A model generated the notes under the pieces. That model searched no databases and was not told where the DNA came from. It saw only the letters and a program-made list of their open reading frames with translations. From Anaerolineales bacterium (GTDB lineage Bacteria; Chloroflexota; Anaerolineae; 4572-78; NAK82), in assembly GCA_020343875.1 (NCBI GenBank), contig CP070811.1, forward strand, positions 4,882,310 through 4,946,309: DNA of 64,000 bases, in the 5' to 3' direction. Positions 1-9,469 of this stretch are shown here, in pieces; the first letter of the stretch is position 1, and every line of letters starts with the position of its first letter. The translations under genes were made by a program, and so were the position numbers.

Positions 1-58
1 GTGACCAAGGTTTAATGCTGAGCTAATCCGGTTCCGTCAAGGGGGAGATTCTAGAGGA

Positions 59-352
59 TTGTACGCTTGGGGTGAATATGCTATACTTGCAACCGTGCCG
101 AGTCCAGACTTTGATGGGGTAACCACGCCTATGAATGTATGCACGTCCTGTGGACAACGAACCAGACAAAAAGCCTGCCCGGAGTGCAACCAGAAAACCA
201 CGCCTGAAGATGCGATCCCTACCCATTGCATGGAATGCGGGGCACCTTTGACACTCTCTCCTCACTTGCGCACATCGCTGGGGCAATGTGAGGATTGCGC
301 CGACCAGCACTCGACCATCATTGGTCTGCGCGCCTGGGACGACTTACTCTGA
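59..352 (+). CDS. hypothetical small cysteine-rich protein, double zinc-ribbon-like
   Basis: 97-aa ORF (TTG start in the track; internal ATG at 131). It has four CxxC pairs (CTSC, CPEC, CMEC, CEDC). It converges on and overlaps the 3' end of the 344..4237 gene by 9 nt. No family recognised. Confidence 0.35.
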   Translation: MYAWGEYAILATVPSPDFDGVTTPMNVCTSCGQRTRQKACPECNQKTTPEDAIPTHCMECGAPLTLSPHLRTSLGQCEDCADQHSTIIGLRAWDDLL

Positions 353-3300
353 GCTCAGCGCAATTCGAAGGACGTGCACCTGGTGCGTGGCCGTGTCGGT
401 TACGAAGAGCGTGCCGGAGGCGGCATCCACGTAGATGCCCACAGGCTGGCGCAATGGCAGGCCTCCCGCCTGCGTCCAGCGAGTGAGCAGCTGCCCGTCG
501 GGCGTATAGCGCAAAATGGCGCCGTCGTCCGGGGCTGTCACCAGCAGACTGCCGTCGGGTGCCCAGGCCAGGTGCGGGCCATCGAAAGCAACGCTAGGCG
601 GGATGGGCCACTCGCTCAGGCTGTTCCCCCGCCGATCCAGGCGCTGGATGCGCTGGCTGCGCGCCTCAGCCACATAATAGGTATCGAGCCCGTCCGCCGC
701 CACATCCACCGGATCGCTCAGCTGGCCCGGCCCGCTGCCCAGGGCCCCTAGCCGCCCGGCCATATTGCCCGCCGAGTCAAAGAAGACCAGTCGCGCCCCG
801 CCTGTGTCAGTCACCACCAGCGTGTCATCTTCCAGGACGGTTAGCCCCCGCGGATGGAAAGTCTGGCTGGAAGGGCCGGCCACCCGATCCAGAGGCGTAC
901 CCTCCGCATCAAAGCGATAGATCCAGCCCGGCAGCGAATCCAGCACCAACAGCCGCCCCTGGCTGTCCACACCCAGGGCCAGTGGCTCCTCAAATGGCTC
1001 CTGCCCCCCCGACCATGCCGTTCGGAAGGCCCCATCTCGACTCAGAGCCTGCACCCGCCGGTTGCCGGTGTCGGCCACAAAGACCGTGTCGTCGAGCACG
1101 GCCACGTCACGCGGCTCCCAAAACTGTCCCTCTCCGTCGCCAGGCGTGCCCCACGTCGCCAGCCAGACCAATTCCATCGGTCCCAAGGTAGCCCCCACCG
1201 GGGGTGTCTCAGCCTGTGGGGCATAGTCCTGGATGGACTTGGCCGCCCGGCTGGGCCACAAGTATTGGGTCGGGATGATCTCCTTTTCGCCGCCGGGACG
1301 GGTCCAATACAAATGGATCTGGGAGCGATCGGTCCAATCCTGGTAGGTGATGCGCAGGTCGTGCAACCCGGCTGGCAGGGTGACGTACTCTTCGACGTAC
1401 TGGTCAGGCACTGTGGCCTCGATCACCGGCTGGCCATCCAGGAACAGGCGGGCTTCATTGACCGATTGCAGCCCCAGGGCATACACGCCGCCGTAGGGCA
1501 CATCCAATACCCCCGTCCACTCCACGCTATAGGGGCGCGGCAGCGGCGTCAAATGAAAATAGACGTTCAGAACCGGGTCTATCCGCTCCAGGGCCGGCTC
1601 GCCCTGCCAGGCAGGATCGGCATAGTACCTTCCCAGCAACCCATGCCCGCTGACCGGAAATCGGTACAGCGCCCACTGAGGGATGGTGCCCGCCTCCCCT
1701 GTCGGCAACTGCCAGGCCAGACGAACACGCCCTTCTCCACCGGCCACGTGCAATCGCAGCCCGTGATTCCCCTGGGCCAGCCAGGCGCCCACACTCAGCT
1801 GCCCCACTCCCTGGCTGACTTCGCCGTCCAGTGTCAGCGTTACCCGCCCTGGCGTTTCCACGCTCAACGCGTAGTAGCCATACTCCGGCGCGTAAAGAAC
1901 ACCATTCCACTCGGCCACAAAGGGGGGCTGGGGAGATACCGGGTCGGGCCAGCTCGTATCTATCACCGGCGAGCGGCCGCTGGCCACCGGGATTCCCTCC
2001 CCTTCCCAGTCGTCGCCGGCCCAATAGCGGAAGTCGAGCCCTTGCACGCTGGCCACGTCTTGGGGTTCCAGTTGCAAGACGTAGACAACGGGTGGTCGCT
2101 CGGAATCGGAGGGCAACGTCTCAAACGAACCGGTCAGGTACACCTGTCGTCCCAGATCGAAAACCCATGCTTCGTCCGGGTGAATGAAATACACTACCGG
2201 CCGGCCGGCCGGCTCGCGGGCGGGCAACGCATCCGGCAGGAGCATCACTTTACGCAGGTCAGCCGTCGATTCCTCTGCGGGCGCGTGAAAACGAATGCTG
2301 GGTTGATCCAGAAAGAACGGCGACAGAAAATAGACTGGCTCGTCTCCCAATTGCGCCATACGTTTGCCTACCAAGGTTTCGGCCGTGGAAAAAGCCCGCC
2401 ACACCGCAAAATCACCCGCCTGCCGCTCGAAGTACATGGCCCCGTTGCTGACGGCGATAAAGCCCAGGCCCGCCACCACCGGAATCAGGCTGTAACGGGG
2501 CCGCTTGATGCGAGCAGCCCACCTGAGTTCCAGCCACAGCGCCTCCAGGCTCAGAGCTATGAAATAGGCCACCGCCGGCAAGGCAGCTATAGAGCGCAAC
2601 GACTGGGGCGCCTCAAAATCAAGCGTAAGGATGCCGCCTGCCAATCCAATCGGCCACAATAGCAAGAAGAACGTGCTACCCGCGTCCCGCCGGGCGATGG
2701 CCAGGCCCAGCCCCAAAGCAAAAAGTACGCCCGACAGTCGATCCAACGTGGGCGCGCCCGGCAAGTTGTGACGCCCATTGACGTCACCCTGGTAATTGAA
2801 CATCAGCAGGTGTTTGCGGGCATTTCCGAGCAAGGCCCGTCCCAGGTTGGGCTCGTCACGGCTCTCGAAGATGGACACCGTGCGAGTCCGCCACCAGAAA
2901 ATATCCGGGTGCCGGGCTGCAAATTGCGCCACCGGCATCATGGCCAACCAGGCAGCCACCACTAGCAGCCCCAGACGCAGCCCAACCTGGCGCCCGCTGC
3001 CCGACTGCCGATCAGATATCTGGCCAGTTTCTCCCGATCTGCTCGACGGCCTGCCCTGCTCACCTGCAGGCAGCCAGTCTTGCCGGGCAGGTACCCCCCT
3101 ACCCCGGCTCCCCAGCCTCCTGACCAGGACAAACAGAAGCAGTGCCCCCACGAAAAGTCGGAACGCGCCATAAAAACTCAGCCCAAACCCCAGGCACAGG
3201 CCGGCCCAGACGATGGGCTGCATGCGGCCAGTGCGCAGCGCGCGCAGGCCAAAATACAGGCTGGCGAATTCAAAGAAGGGGGCATCAATCCCGGTCATAG

Positions 3301-4237
3301 CGATGCGGCTGAAATTAACGTGCCAACGCATGGTCGCCACCAGGAAGGCCAGCAGCAGGCCCCAGCCTGGCCCCTTCCATTCCCGGCCAAACAGGTAAGC
3401 AAAAAGCACGCCCCCTACCCCAAACAGAACCGGAACTACTCTCAAAGCGGGCGTGCTGACTCCAAATAGCCGAAAGGAGAACGAGAAAAGATACAGCAGG
3501 TGCGCTGGCAGATTGATAGGCTCCCAAAATACGGGTCGAAAACTGGGGTCACCCAAAATACGGCGCGCTTGGATGCCGGCTACAGCCTCGTCGAACCAGG
3601 TTCCGAATGGAAGCGAAAAGAAGTGGAAGAGGCGAAAGAAAAGCGCCAGCAGCAGAGCGCCCCACAGCAGGCTAAGGGCGGAGGAGATAATCAAGGGCCT
3701 GGGCGACGCCTGTCCCCCGTTCGAGGTTCCCTGGTGGCTGATGCGTGGCTCCGCCAGCCATATCCCGGCCCCAAAGAAGGCCAGGCTGACAACATACCAG
3801 GACCAGGCGATGCGGTTTTGCGTTTCGAACGTGAACAGACTCAGGGAGGCAAACGAAAGGATCAGCCCCGCCAGCGCCAGGCCTAAGCCCACCCAGCCGC
3901 GAATACCGGGCGCGACTCTGAGCTTCGCCTGCCAGGGGCGACGGCTCAGGGAGTATTCACGCTCAAAGGGGGCATCTGGTCCGCTGGCGGCCTTCTCCCG
4001 GGCCGCCCCGCCCCGGCTGATCTGGACCGCAAAGAGGGGAATGGCAACCGCGTACAGAACCAGTCCTTCCAGCAGGCGCTGGCTGGCAAAGAGGTTCTGG
4101 GCCAGCCAACCCAGAGCCAGCGCCCCCAGGGCCCAGGCCAGGTGATCCAGCTTGCGACGGGCCGGTAGGCCAGGCAAGGGCTGGGCAGGGATCACGTCTG
4201 CAGCTGGTGCAGACTGGGCGGGGGGAGCATCGTTCAC
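344..4237 (-). CDS. large membrane protein: N-terminal polytopic GT-C (ArnT/PMT, GT39-like) glycosyltransferase region, two PA14 domains, C-terminal six-bladed NHL-repeat beta-propeller
   Basis: 1297-aa ORF. The N-terminal half has many hydrophobic helices. There are two PA14-like segments (YWAGDDWEG..., GRYYADPAWQGEP...LRITYQD). The C-terminus has repeated NHL-like blades (FVADTGNRRVQAL, LVVTDTGGARLVFF, YYVAEARSQRIQRL, LFVTDTATHQVHVL). Confidence 0.8.
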   Translation of the reverse strand: MNDAPPAQSAPAADVIPAQPLPGLPARRKLDHLAWALGALALGWLAQNLFASQRLLEGLVLYAVAIPLFAVQISRGGAAREKAASGPDAPFEREYSLSRRPWQAKLRVAPGIRGWVGLGLALAGLILSFASLSLFTFETQNRIAWSWYVVSLAFFGAGIWLAEPRISHQGTSNGGQASPRPLIISSALSLLWGALLLALFFRLFHFFSLPFGTWFDEAVAGIQARRILGDPSFRPVFWEPINLPAHLLYLFSFSFRLFGVSTPALRVVPVLFGVGGVLFAYLFGREWKGPGWGLLLAFLVATMRWHVNFSRIAMTGIDAPFFEFASLYFGLRALRTGRMQPIVWAGLCLGFGLSFYGAFRLFVGALLLFVLVRRLGSRGRGVPARQDWLPAGEQGRPSSRSGETGQISDRQSGSGRQVGLRLGLLVVAAWLAMMPVAQFAARHPDIFWWRTRTVSIFESRDEPNLGRALLGNARKHLLMFNYQGDVNGRHNLPGAPTLDRLSGVLFALGLGLAIARRDAGSTFFLLLWPIGLAGGILTLDFEAPQSLRSIAALPAVAYFIALSLEALWLELRWAARIKRPRYSLIPVVAGLGFIAVSNGAMYFERQAGDFAVWRAFSTAETLVGKRMAQLGDEPVYFLSPFFLDQPSIRFHAPAEESTADLRKVMLLPDALPAREPAGRPVVYFIHPDEAWVFDLGRQVYLTGSFETLPSDSERPPVVYVLQLEPQDVASVQGLDFRYWAGDDWEGEGIPVASGRSPVIDTSWPDPVSPQPPFVAEWNGVLYAPEYGYYALSVETPGRVTLTLDGEVSQGVGQLSVGAWLAQGNHGLRLHVAGGEGRVRLAWQLPTGEAGTIPQWALYRFPVSGHGLLGRYYADPAWQGEPALERIDPVLNVYFHLTPLPRPYSVEWTGVLDVPYGGVYALGLQSVNEARLFLDGQPVIEATVPDQYVEEYVTLPAGLHDLRITYQDWTDRSQIHLYWTRPGGEKEIIPTQYLWPSRAAKSIQDYAPQAETPPVGATLGPMELVWLATWGTPGDGEGQFWEPRDVAVLDDTVFVADTGNRRVQALSRDGAFRTAWSGGQEPFEEPLALGVDSQGRLLVLDSLPGWIYRFDAEGTPLDRVAGPSSQTFHPRGLTVLEDDTLVVTDTGGARLVFFDSAGNMAGRLGALGSGPGQLSDPVDVAADGLDTYYVAEARSQRIQRLDRRGNSLSEWPIPPSVAFDGPHLAWAPDGSLLVTAPDDGAILRYTPDGQLLTRWTQAGGLPLRQPVGIYVDAASGTLFVTDTATHQVHVLRIALSSE

Positions 4238-4283
4238 GCGTGCGACTCTATCGCCTCCGTGGCCATGTCAGATGACGCCACGC

Positions 4284-6038
4284 TCAAAACTCGGACGAGA
4301 TCAAGAAGTAAATGCTCTCGATATCTTCTTCGCTGCCCTCGAACTTCTTGCCGTTGGTGCGGTTGGCCAGGGTAGCCATCAAATCTTCGTCGGCGTCCTT
4401 ACCATAGGCAATGGTGTAGATCTTGACACTGCTGGCCTCAGCACCGGAGGGCAGCCGGCTGAGCATATCAGCCTGGCTGGGGCCGCCCGCGACTTCGTTG
4501 AGCCCATCGGATAGTAGGACAACCCCATAGATACGCTGCTCGCCCTCCGCTTCGTGCTCTGCCTGCAAGCCATCGACACGCTCCAGCGCGTGAATGACAG
4601 ACTGGTATAGAGCGGTACCCCCGCCAGCGTACAATCCCTCAATGGTCAGTCGCAAATTCTCTGCGTTACTGCCCACCTCCCCGGCATAGGGCAACTCGAG
4701 TATCTCGTCGGAGAACACAATCACGTAAATCTCGTCAGCAGGGTCCATCTGGCCGATAAACAGGGTAGCCCCACGAACGGCCTGTTTAATTTTGGTCCCT
4801 TTCATACTACCCGAGACGTCGATCAACATCACCACGGTCGCCTTCTTCTTGACCTCGTGCCACGTGTCGATGATGTGGCTGATGATCTCGTCACTGGGAT
4901 AGGGCAGGTGTGGTACATCCTTCTGGGTGATGGCAGGCACAGCCCCGTGGGCCAGGTCTATGGGCGACTGCAACGCCACCGACTCGTCCGCGGGGCGCAG
5001 CCCCCATTTGACCGTACGCGCCTGCTGTGAGGGAGTGAGAAGATAATCGCGGAAGATCCCGGCAGCTTCAGCCTGCTCCGGGCTCACCCAATCGGCATTC
5101 AGAATGCAATAAGGATTCTGCACCCAAAAAGTGCCACCGGACGGATAGATCGCCACCAATGGGAATTGCAGTTCCTCGGCATGATCTGTATTCCACTTGA
5201 TGACGTTGCTCTCATACGAGGTAACCGCGTGCAAGTAGTCAGGCCCACGCTGGGTCATACGGGTCAGGATATCGGTGTCTGTTCTACCGTAATGGAAGAC
5301 ATTCCGTTCCACCGCGCCCACCCGCTCGGCAACCGTTTCACTTTTGACGCGCTCGACTGTCAGCCCTTCAGTTACCTCAGCCGCATCGTACACCTCGGCC
5401 ACCAGCGAGAGCATGCCCGAATTGCTATGTTCGGGGTGAGGGTGGCCGAATTTGAACTGACCCCATTCCGGGTGTCCATAAGCACCCCAGCCCTCAGGAT
5501 TATTCGATAGCGCGGCCAGGTCGTTCCAGCCGATGAGGGCATCAGGCCAACCCAAGGCGCGAGCCATTGGCTCCCACATAGCGATGGCCAGCGGCACTCG
5601 AATAGTGGCTGGGCACTCCGACTGAATCAGGTTCCGGCCGGTCCTGTCATTCCAGGTCTGGTTAATACGTGTCACCCACAATTGGCTGCCAGGGCTCCAG
5701 ACCGTAGGCAGAATCTCACCATCCAGGATGTCATTCATCGAACTGCCGGAGCCAACGTGGTAGGCTACCACCACAATCGGCCGCCCGTCGGCAACGGTTT
5801 TGCCTTCAGCGTTGAAAGACTCCACCACCTCGTTTATCCAATCCTGCTTGGTATTCGACGAGTGAAACTCGACCACGACGGCATCTTGCGGCAAAGGGGT
5901 GCCAGGCACGTCACTACCAGCAGAGGGTAGCCCCACCGGCGAGCCGCCCAAAAACGTCACCCCGGCCATGACCATCACTATCACACAAGCAAACGCCATG
6001 ATCAAAAAGAAGACAACACGTGTGCGACTGAGGTTCAC
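4284..6038 (-). CDS. membrane-anchored solute-binding-protein-like domain fused to a von Willebrand factor A (vWA) domain
   Basis: 584-aa ORF with an N-terminal TM helix. The C-terminal vWA has a MIDAS-like motif (VVMLIDVSGSMKG ... LLSDG). It lies 46 nt upstream of the 344..4237 gene on the same strand. A GGAGGGA RBS precedes the start. Confidence 0.8.
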   Translation of the reverse strand: MNLSRTRVVFFLIMAFACVIVMVMAGVTFLGGSPVGLPSAGSDVPGTPLPQDAVVVEFHSSNTKQDWINEVVESFNAEGKTVADGRPIVVVAYHVGSGSSMNDILDGEILPTVWSPGSQLWVTRINQTWNDRTGRNLIQSECPATIRVPLAIAMWEPMARALGWPDALIGWNDLAALSNNPEGWGAYGHPEWGQFKFGHPHPEHSNSGMLSLVAEVYDAAEVTEGLTVERVKSETVAERVGAVERNVFHYGRTDTDILTRMTQRGPDYLHAVTSYESNVIKWNTDHAEELQFPLVAIYPSGGTFWVQNPYCILNADWVSPEQAEAAGIFRDYLLTPSQQARTVKWGLRPADESVALQSPIDLAHGAVPAITQKDVPHLPYPSDEIISHIIDTWHEVKKKATVVMLIDVSGSMKGTKIKQAVRGATLFIGQMDPADEIYVIVFSDEILELPYAGEVGSNAENLRLTIEGLYAGGGTALYQSVIHALERVDGLQAEHEAEGEQRIYGVVLLSDGLNEVAGGPSQADMLSRLPSGAEASSVKIYTIAYGKDADEDLMATLANRTNGKKFEGSEEDIESIYFLISSEF

Positions 6039-6281
6039 CGGTCTCCCTCCTTTTTCGCCCCCCTGGTGGGCCAGTACCTCGTGCCTGTCTGAGGCGCAAG
6101 AAGCCAGGATTTACCAGTCCTTGGCCAGCAGATTCGCTGCAGTTTATTGCTGCCGCGGGGCAGCTTATTCAAATCATAGCAACAAATCAGGAGGGTGTCA
6201 AAACGGCTGTCCGGCCGGGAATTCGATCAGCCGCCAGATGCCCGACTCTCGATTCTGGCCCACACGCGTGCTGAAGTAAGA

Positions 6282-6962
6282 TTAAGCCATGGAGGCCATC
6301 ATTTCCTGCACGGCGTCCAGCTCGTCTTGGTTGATGGTATGGCCCATGTTGGGATACAACCGCAGAGTGACCTGGCCACCCAACTGCTGAAAAATGTCGG
6401 CAGAGTGGACCACCCGCTCTTTTGGAATGTGAAAGTCGACCTCACTGCAGCCCAGGAGGATGGGGGTGCCATCCAATGCGCCCGAATAGGCGCGCTGCGT
6501 GTCGCTGCTTGCATCCGGTTGTCCTGGATTGGGGCCGATCAAGCCCCCGCTCAGTCCGGCCACACCCGCGTAGCGGCGGGGATGGCGGGCAGCAAATTCC
6601 AGGGCCAGACATGCGCCCTGTGAGAAGCCCAGCAGGATGGTACGCTCAGCCGGGATGCCGGCCTGTGACAAGCGGGCCAGGGTTTCCCCGACTGCCGCTA
6701 GCGCCGAAGAAAGGAACGGTTCGTTGCTAGCGATGGGCGCCATAAATGGATGGGGATACCAGGTGTTGCCAGCGGCTTGGGGGGCCAGATACGCAAAATC
6801 TGGGTGGGCCAACTCGGCCGCCAGGGCAAGAATATCTTCAGCCGACGCCCCGCGCCCGTGAACAAGAATCATGGCCGCGCTGGCCTTTTCCAGCCTTTTA
6901 CCCGCCGCCAACACAGGCTGGCCCTGATGTGGTCCCTGCACAGAAAACTGTCCCTCGGTCAT
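6282..6962 (-). CDS. phospholipase/carboxylesterase-family alpha/beta hydrolase (MhqD-like)
   Basis: 226 aa with the nucleophile elbow GFSQGA and C-terminal D/H residues. Its start overlaps the upstream dioxygenase stop as ATGA (6959..6962). Confidence 0.85.
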   Translation of the reverse strand: MTEGQFSVQGPHQGQPVLAAGKRLEKASAAMILVHGRGASAEDILALAAELAHPDFAYLAPQAAGNTWYPHPFMAPIASNEPFLSSALAAVGETLARLSQAGIPAERTILLGFSQGACLALEFAARHPRRYAGVAGLSGGLIGPNPGQPDASSDTQRAYSGALDGTPILLGCSEVDFHIPKERVVHSADIFQQLGGQVTLRLYPNMGHTINQDELDAVQEMMASMA

Positions 6963-7918
6963 GGAGTGATTACCTCCGGCAGGGACAGGTCCGGCAATAT
7001 CTGCTCGATCTGGACACGTTGAGTTTCTAACCAGGAAGGCAACTTCAGCCCCGTGCCCAGCCGGTCCGGCGCTTCGTCCCAGGTGAAGCCAGGAGGATCA
7101 GTCGCGATCTCAAACAGCACCCCACCCGGCTCCCGAAAATAGATGGAGTGAAAGTACTGGCGATCCATGACCGGGCTGACGTGAAAGCCCAGGCTGGCAA
7201 TCTCCTGGCGCCAGGCCTGTTGCGTTTGGTCGTCCGCTGTACGCCATGCGACATGGTGTACCGTGCCGGCGCCTCCCCAGCCAGGTCCCTGGTCGGGCCG
7301 ATGTATTATGTCGAGTATACTGCCGGGTTCGCTGGATGCAGCCTCAAAGCGGGAACGGCTTCCAGCTGATTGTACCAGACGAAAGCCAAGTACCCCGGTC
7401 AGCAGCGCCGCTGTATGCTCCAGGTTCTCCTCCCATAGCGTAACACTATGAAAACCACGAATCGCGGCCTCTGGAGGAACCGGTCCACCTGCCCACGGCC
7501 TGCGCGACTCCACTCCGGCCTCAGCCACGAGCTCGAGCTGCATTCCGTCGGGGTCAAGGAAAACCAGTGCTTCTTCGTCAAACCGGCGGCTTGGCTCGCC
7601 AACGAAAATTCCAAGCCGCCCCAGGCGTTCCTGCCAGTAACCCACGGCCCCCTCCGGGATCGAGAAAGAGGTAACTGATGCCTGGCCGTTTCCAGGTCGG
7701 CCGCGGCGCGCTCCGCGCCAGGGGAAGAAAGTCAGAATCGTGCCTGGCTGCCCTACCTCATCGCCGTAGTAGAAATGGTAAGTACCCGGATCGTCAAAAT
7801 TAACCGTTAACTTAACCAGCCGGAGTCCAAGCACATGGGTGTAAAAATCGATATTTTGCTGCGGGTCACTGGCGATGGCTGTTACGTGATGGATACCAAA
7901 TATCTCTTGACTCACCAA
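6959..7918 (-). CDS. ring-cleaving dioxygenase of the glyoxalase/VOC superfamily (MhqO/MhqE-like)
   Basis: 319 aa with a duplicated VOC fold. The N-terminus (GIHHVTAIASDPQQNIDFY..LGLRLVK) is typical of this family. Confidence 0.85.
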   Translation of the reverse strand: MVSQEIFGIHHVTAIASDPQQNIDFYTHVLGLRLVKLTVNFDDPGTYHFYYGDEVGQPGTILTFFPWRGARRGRPGNGQASVTSFSIPEGAVGYWQERLGRLGIFVGEPSRRFDEEALVFLDPDGMQLELVAEAGVESRRPWAGGPVPPEAAIRGFHSVTLWEENLEHTAALLTGVLGFRLVQSAGSRSRFEAASSEPGSILDIIHRPDQGPGWGGAGTVHHVAWRTADDQTQQAWRQEIASLGFHVSPVMDRQYFHSIYFREPGGVLFEIATDPPGFTWDEAPDRLGTGLKLPSWLETQRVQIEQILPDLSLPEVITP

Positions 7919-8002
7919 TTCTGCTCCTTTATCTGCACTATGTCACACGCACTTCGATTATTGCTCAATGCAACTTCACCTCAATTCACACCTGCATCCG
8001 TC

Positions 8003-8344
8003 TCATTTGCCGTTGTACTTGGCCTGCTGTTTCACAGCCAGTTCAAACGACTGCCGAAGTAATGCAATGGCCAGCTGGATATCTTTTGATTCCTTGATTC
8101 GAAAGCTGACCCATCCACTCTCCGGCAACACATGATGCGCTTGAGCATGGCCAGCAGCCACTACCTCATCTCGCACTGTTCTGGGGAAGGGAATGTCTAC
8201 CAGATAGTCACCGTGAGTATGACCAAGTTCCCGCCTTCCCAGGCGATATTCGGTACCCCCAAAACGATGTGGATGCGCAGTCACACCTTCCCAATTCAGG
8301 ACGATCTGGGTGATTTGTTCTCCTGCGCCACGGATTGGCATCAA
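8003..8344 (-). CDS. small conserved protein, luciferase-domain/DUF5519-like
   Basis: 113 aa. The motif pattern HRFGGTEYRLGRRELGHTHGD..D.PFP...RD resembles this family from memory only. Confidence 0.55.
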   Translation of the reverse strand: MMPIRGAGEQITQIVLNWEGVTAHPHRFGGTEYRLGRRELGHTHGDYLVDIPFPRTVRDEVVAAGHAQAHHVLPESGWVSFRIKESKDIQLAIALLRQSFELAVKQQAKYNGK

Positions 8345-8362
8345 CGAGCCTCCTTGCGAGTC

Positions 8363-9448
8363 TCAGAATAGCTTGCGCCGACGAGTGATCGGGGATAAAC
8401 GAAATGTCGACGCACGGTCCCCCGTCCAGGGGGAGGAAGGCACGCCGATCAGGCCAGCCACGTCAAGGAGCACACTGTCGTAGTTGACGCGCCAGCCAGC
8501 GAAGTCACGCCAAGCTTGATCGCGGTCGCGCTTGAGTGGGACCCCATCAGATGCAAGCCGCTCACAGGCCGCATCGTACTCCTCCCGAGTCACGCTAATG
8601 GGCTGGGTAGGATCAGGATCAGGGCTATATGGTATGCGGAAGTAATCAGCAATATGACGCAAGGCCAAGTATCCTGCCCGGATGCACAGAGCTGCCCGGG
8701 AGTCGCTGGGGATATCCACCGCCGACAGGGTCAGCGAAGCAGCATCAAGCACTGCTCCTGCGGCTGTGACCCAGGAATGCTCAGCACGCGGCGACCGGAA
8801 GAAGGCTACTGCCGGCAAAGAGGTATGACTCTCTTCAATATCCGCGAACCACGCCTCCCATACTTCCCATTGCTCGCTCAACCGATCCAGTCCCTGGATC
8901 CGGTGGAAGCGCAAGATCATCTCTACGGCCGAAGGGGGGTTACCTGCACGCACCTCGAGCAGGGTGACGGCTGCCTCGCGGCGTGAAAAAGCTGCATACA
9001 TGGTGGGCAGATAGGCTATCAGCAACGCGACCAAGACCAGGCCGATGGTTGCCTCGGAGAATACCAGGATTGTCTCTGGCAAGTCATCAACGGTCGCGAA
9101 GCCAAGAGTAAGCAGCGACGAACCGCTGACACGAAATGCCTCGTACCACGGCTCGACGCCCAGCCCCCAGAACATGCCAGTATATCCTAGCGTTACCAAG
9201 CTGAGCCAGGCGGGAGGTAACAGCAGCAGGCTGATTGGAGCATAGAAAGCCAGGACTTGATCTCGCTCGGCATAGGAACCTGCCCCCCGCACTCGGGCTT
9301 CAAACAAGGACCGCACGGTTACGAACACAGCGCGGGAGAGCAGATCAGGTGCGCTGCGCGGAAGCACCAGGGTTTTGATAGCGGACAACAGCGCGCTGTA
9401 CACCACAACAACGCCAATCACAAAAGACAGGACTCGCAAGAATAGCAT
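8363..9448 (-). CDS. hypothetical membrane protein
   Basis: 361-aa ORF with 3-4 N-terminal hydrophobic helices and a soluble C-terminal half. It lies 18 nt upstream of 8003..8344 on the same strand. No confident family. Confidence 0.6.
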   Translation of the reverse strand: MLFLRVLSFVIGVVVVYSALLSAIKTLVLPRSAPDLLSRAVFVTVRSLFEARVRGAGSYAERDQVLAFYAPISLLLLPPAWLSLVTLGYTGMFWGLGVEPWYEAFRVSGSSLLTLGFATVDDLPETILVFSEATIGLVLVALLIAYLPTMYAAFSRREAAVTLLEVRAGNPPSAVEMILRFHRIQGLDRLSEQWEVWEAWFADIEESHTSLPAVAFFRSPRAEHSWVTAAGAVLDAASLTLSAVDIPSDSRAALCIRAGYLALRHIADYFRIPYSPDPDPTQPISVTREEYDAACERLASDGVPLKRDRDQAWRDFAGWRVNYDSVLLDVAGLIGVPSSPWTGDRASTFRLSPITRRRKLF

Positions 9449-9469
9449 GGTTATACACTCGACGATTTC

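Noticed and set aside
854-2662. 602-aa plus-strand ORF, plus many shorter ORFs, antisense to the 344..4237 gene
   Set aside because: It lies entirely inside a gene with clear PA14/NHL/GT-C motifs on the other strand. The translation is R/P/G/Q-rich low-complexity sequence typical of antisense frames in GC-rich DNA.
8363-9448. Potassium-channel-like pore signature (LLTLGFATVDD) in the 361-aa membrane protein
   Set aside because: It is not a canonical T-x-G-Y/F-G filter, since Ala replaces the second Gly. The evidence is too weak to call it an ion channel.
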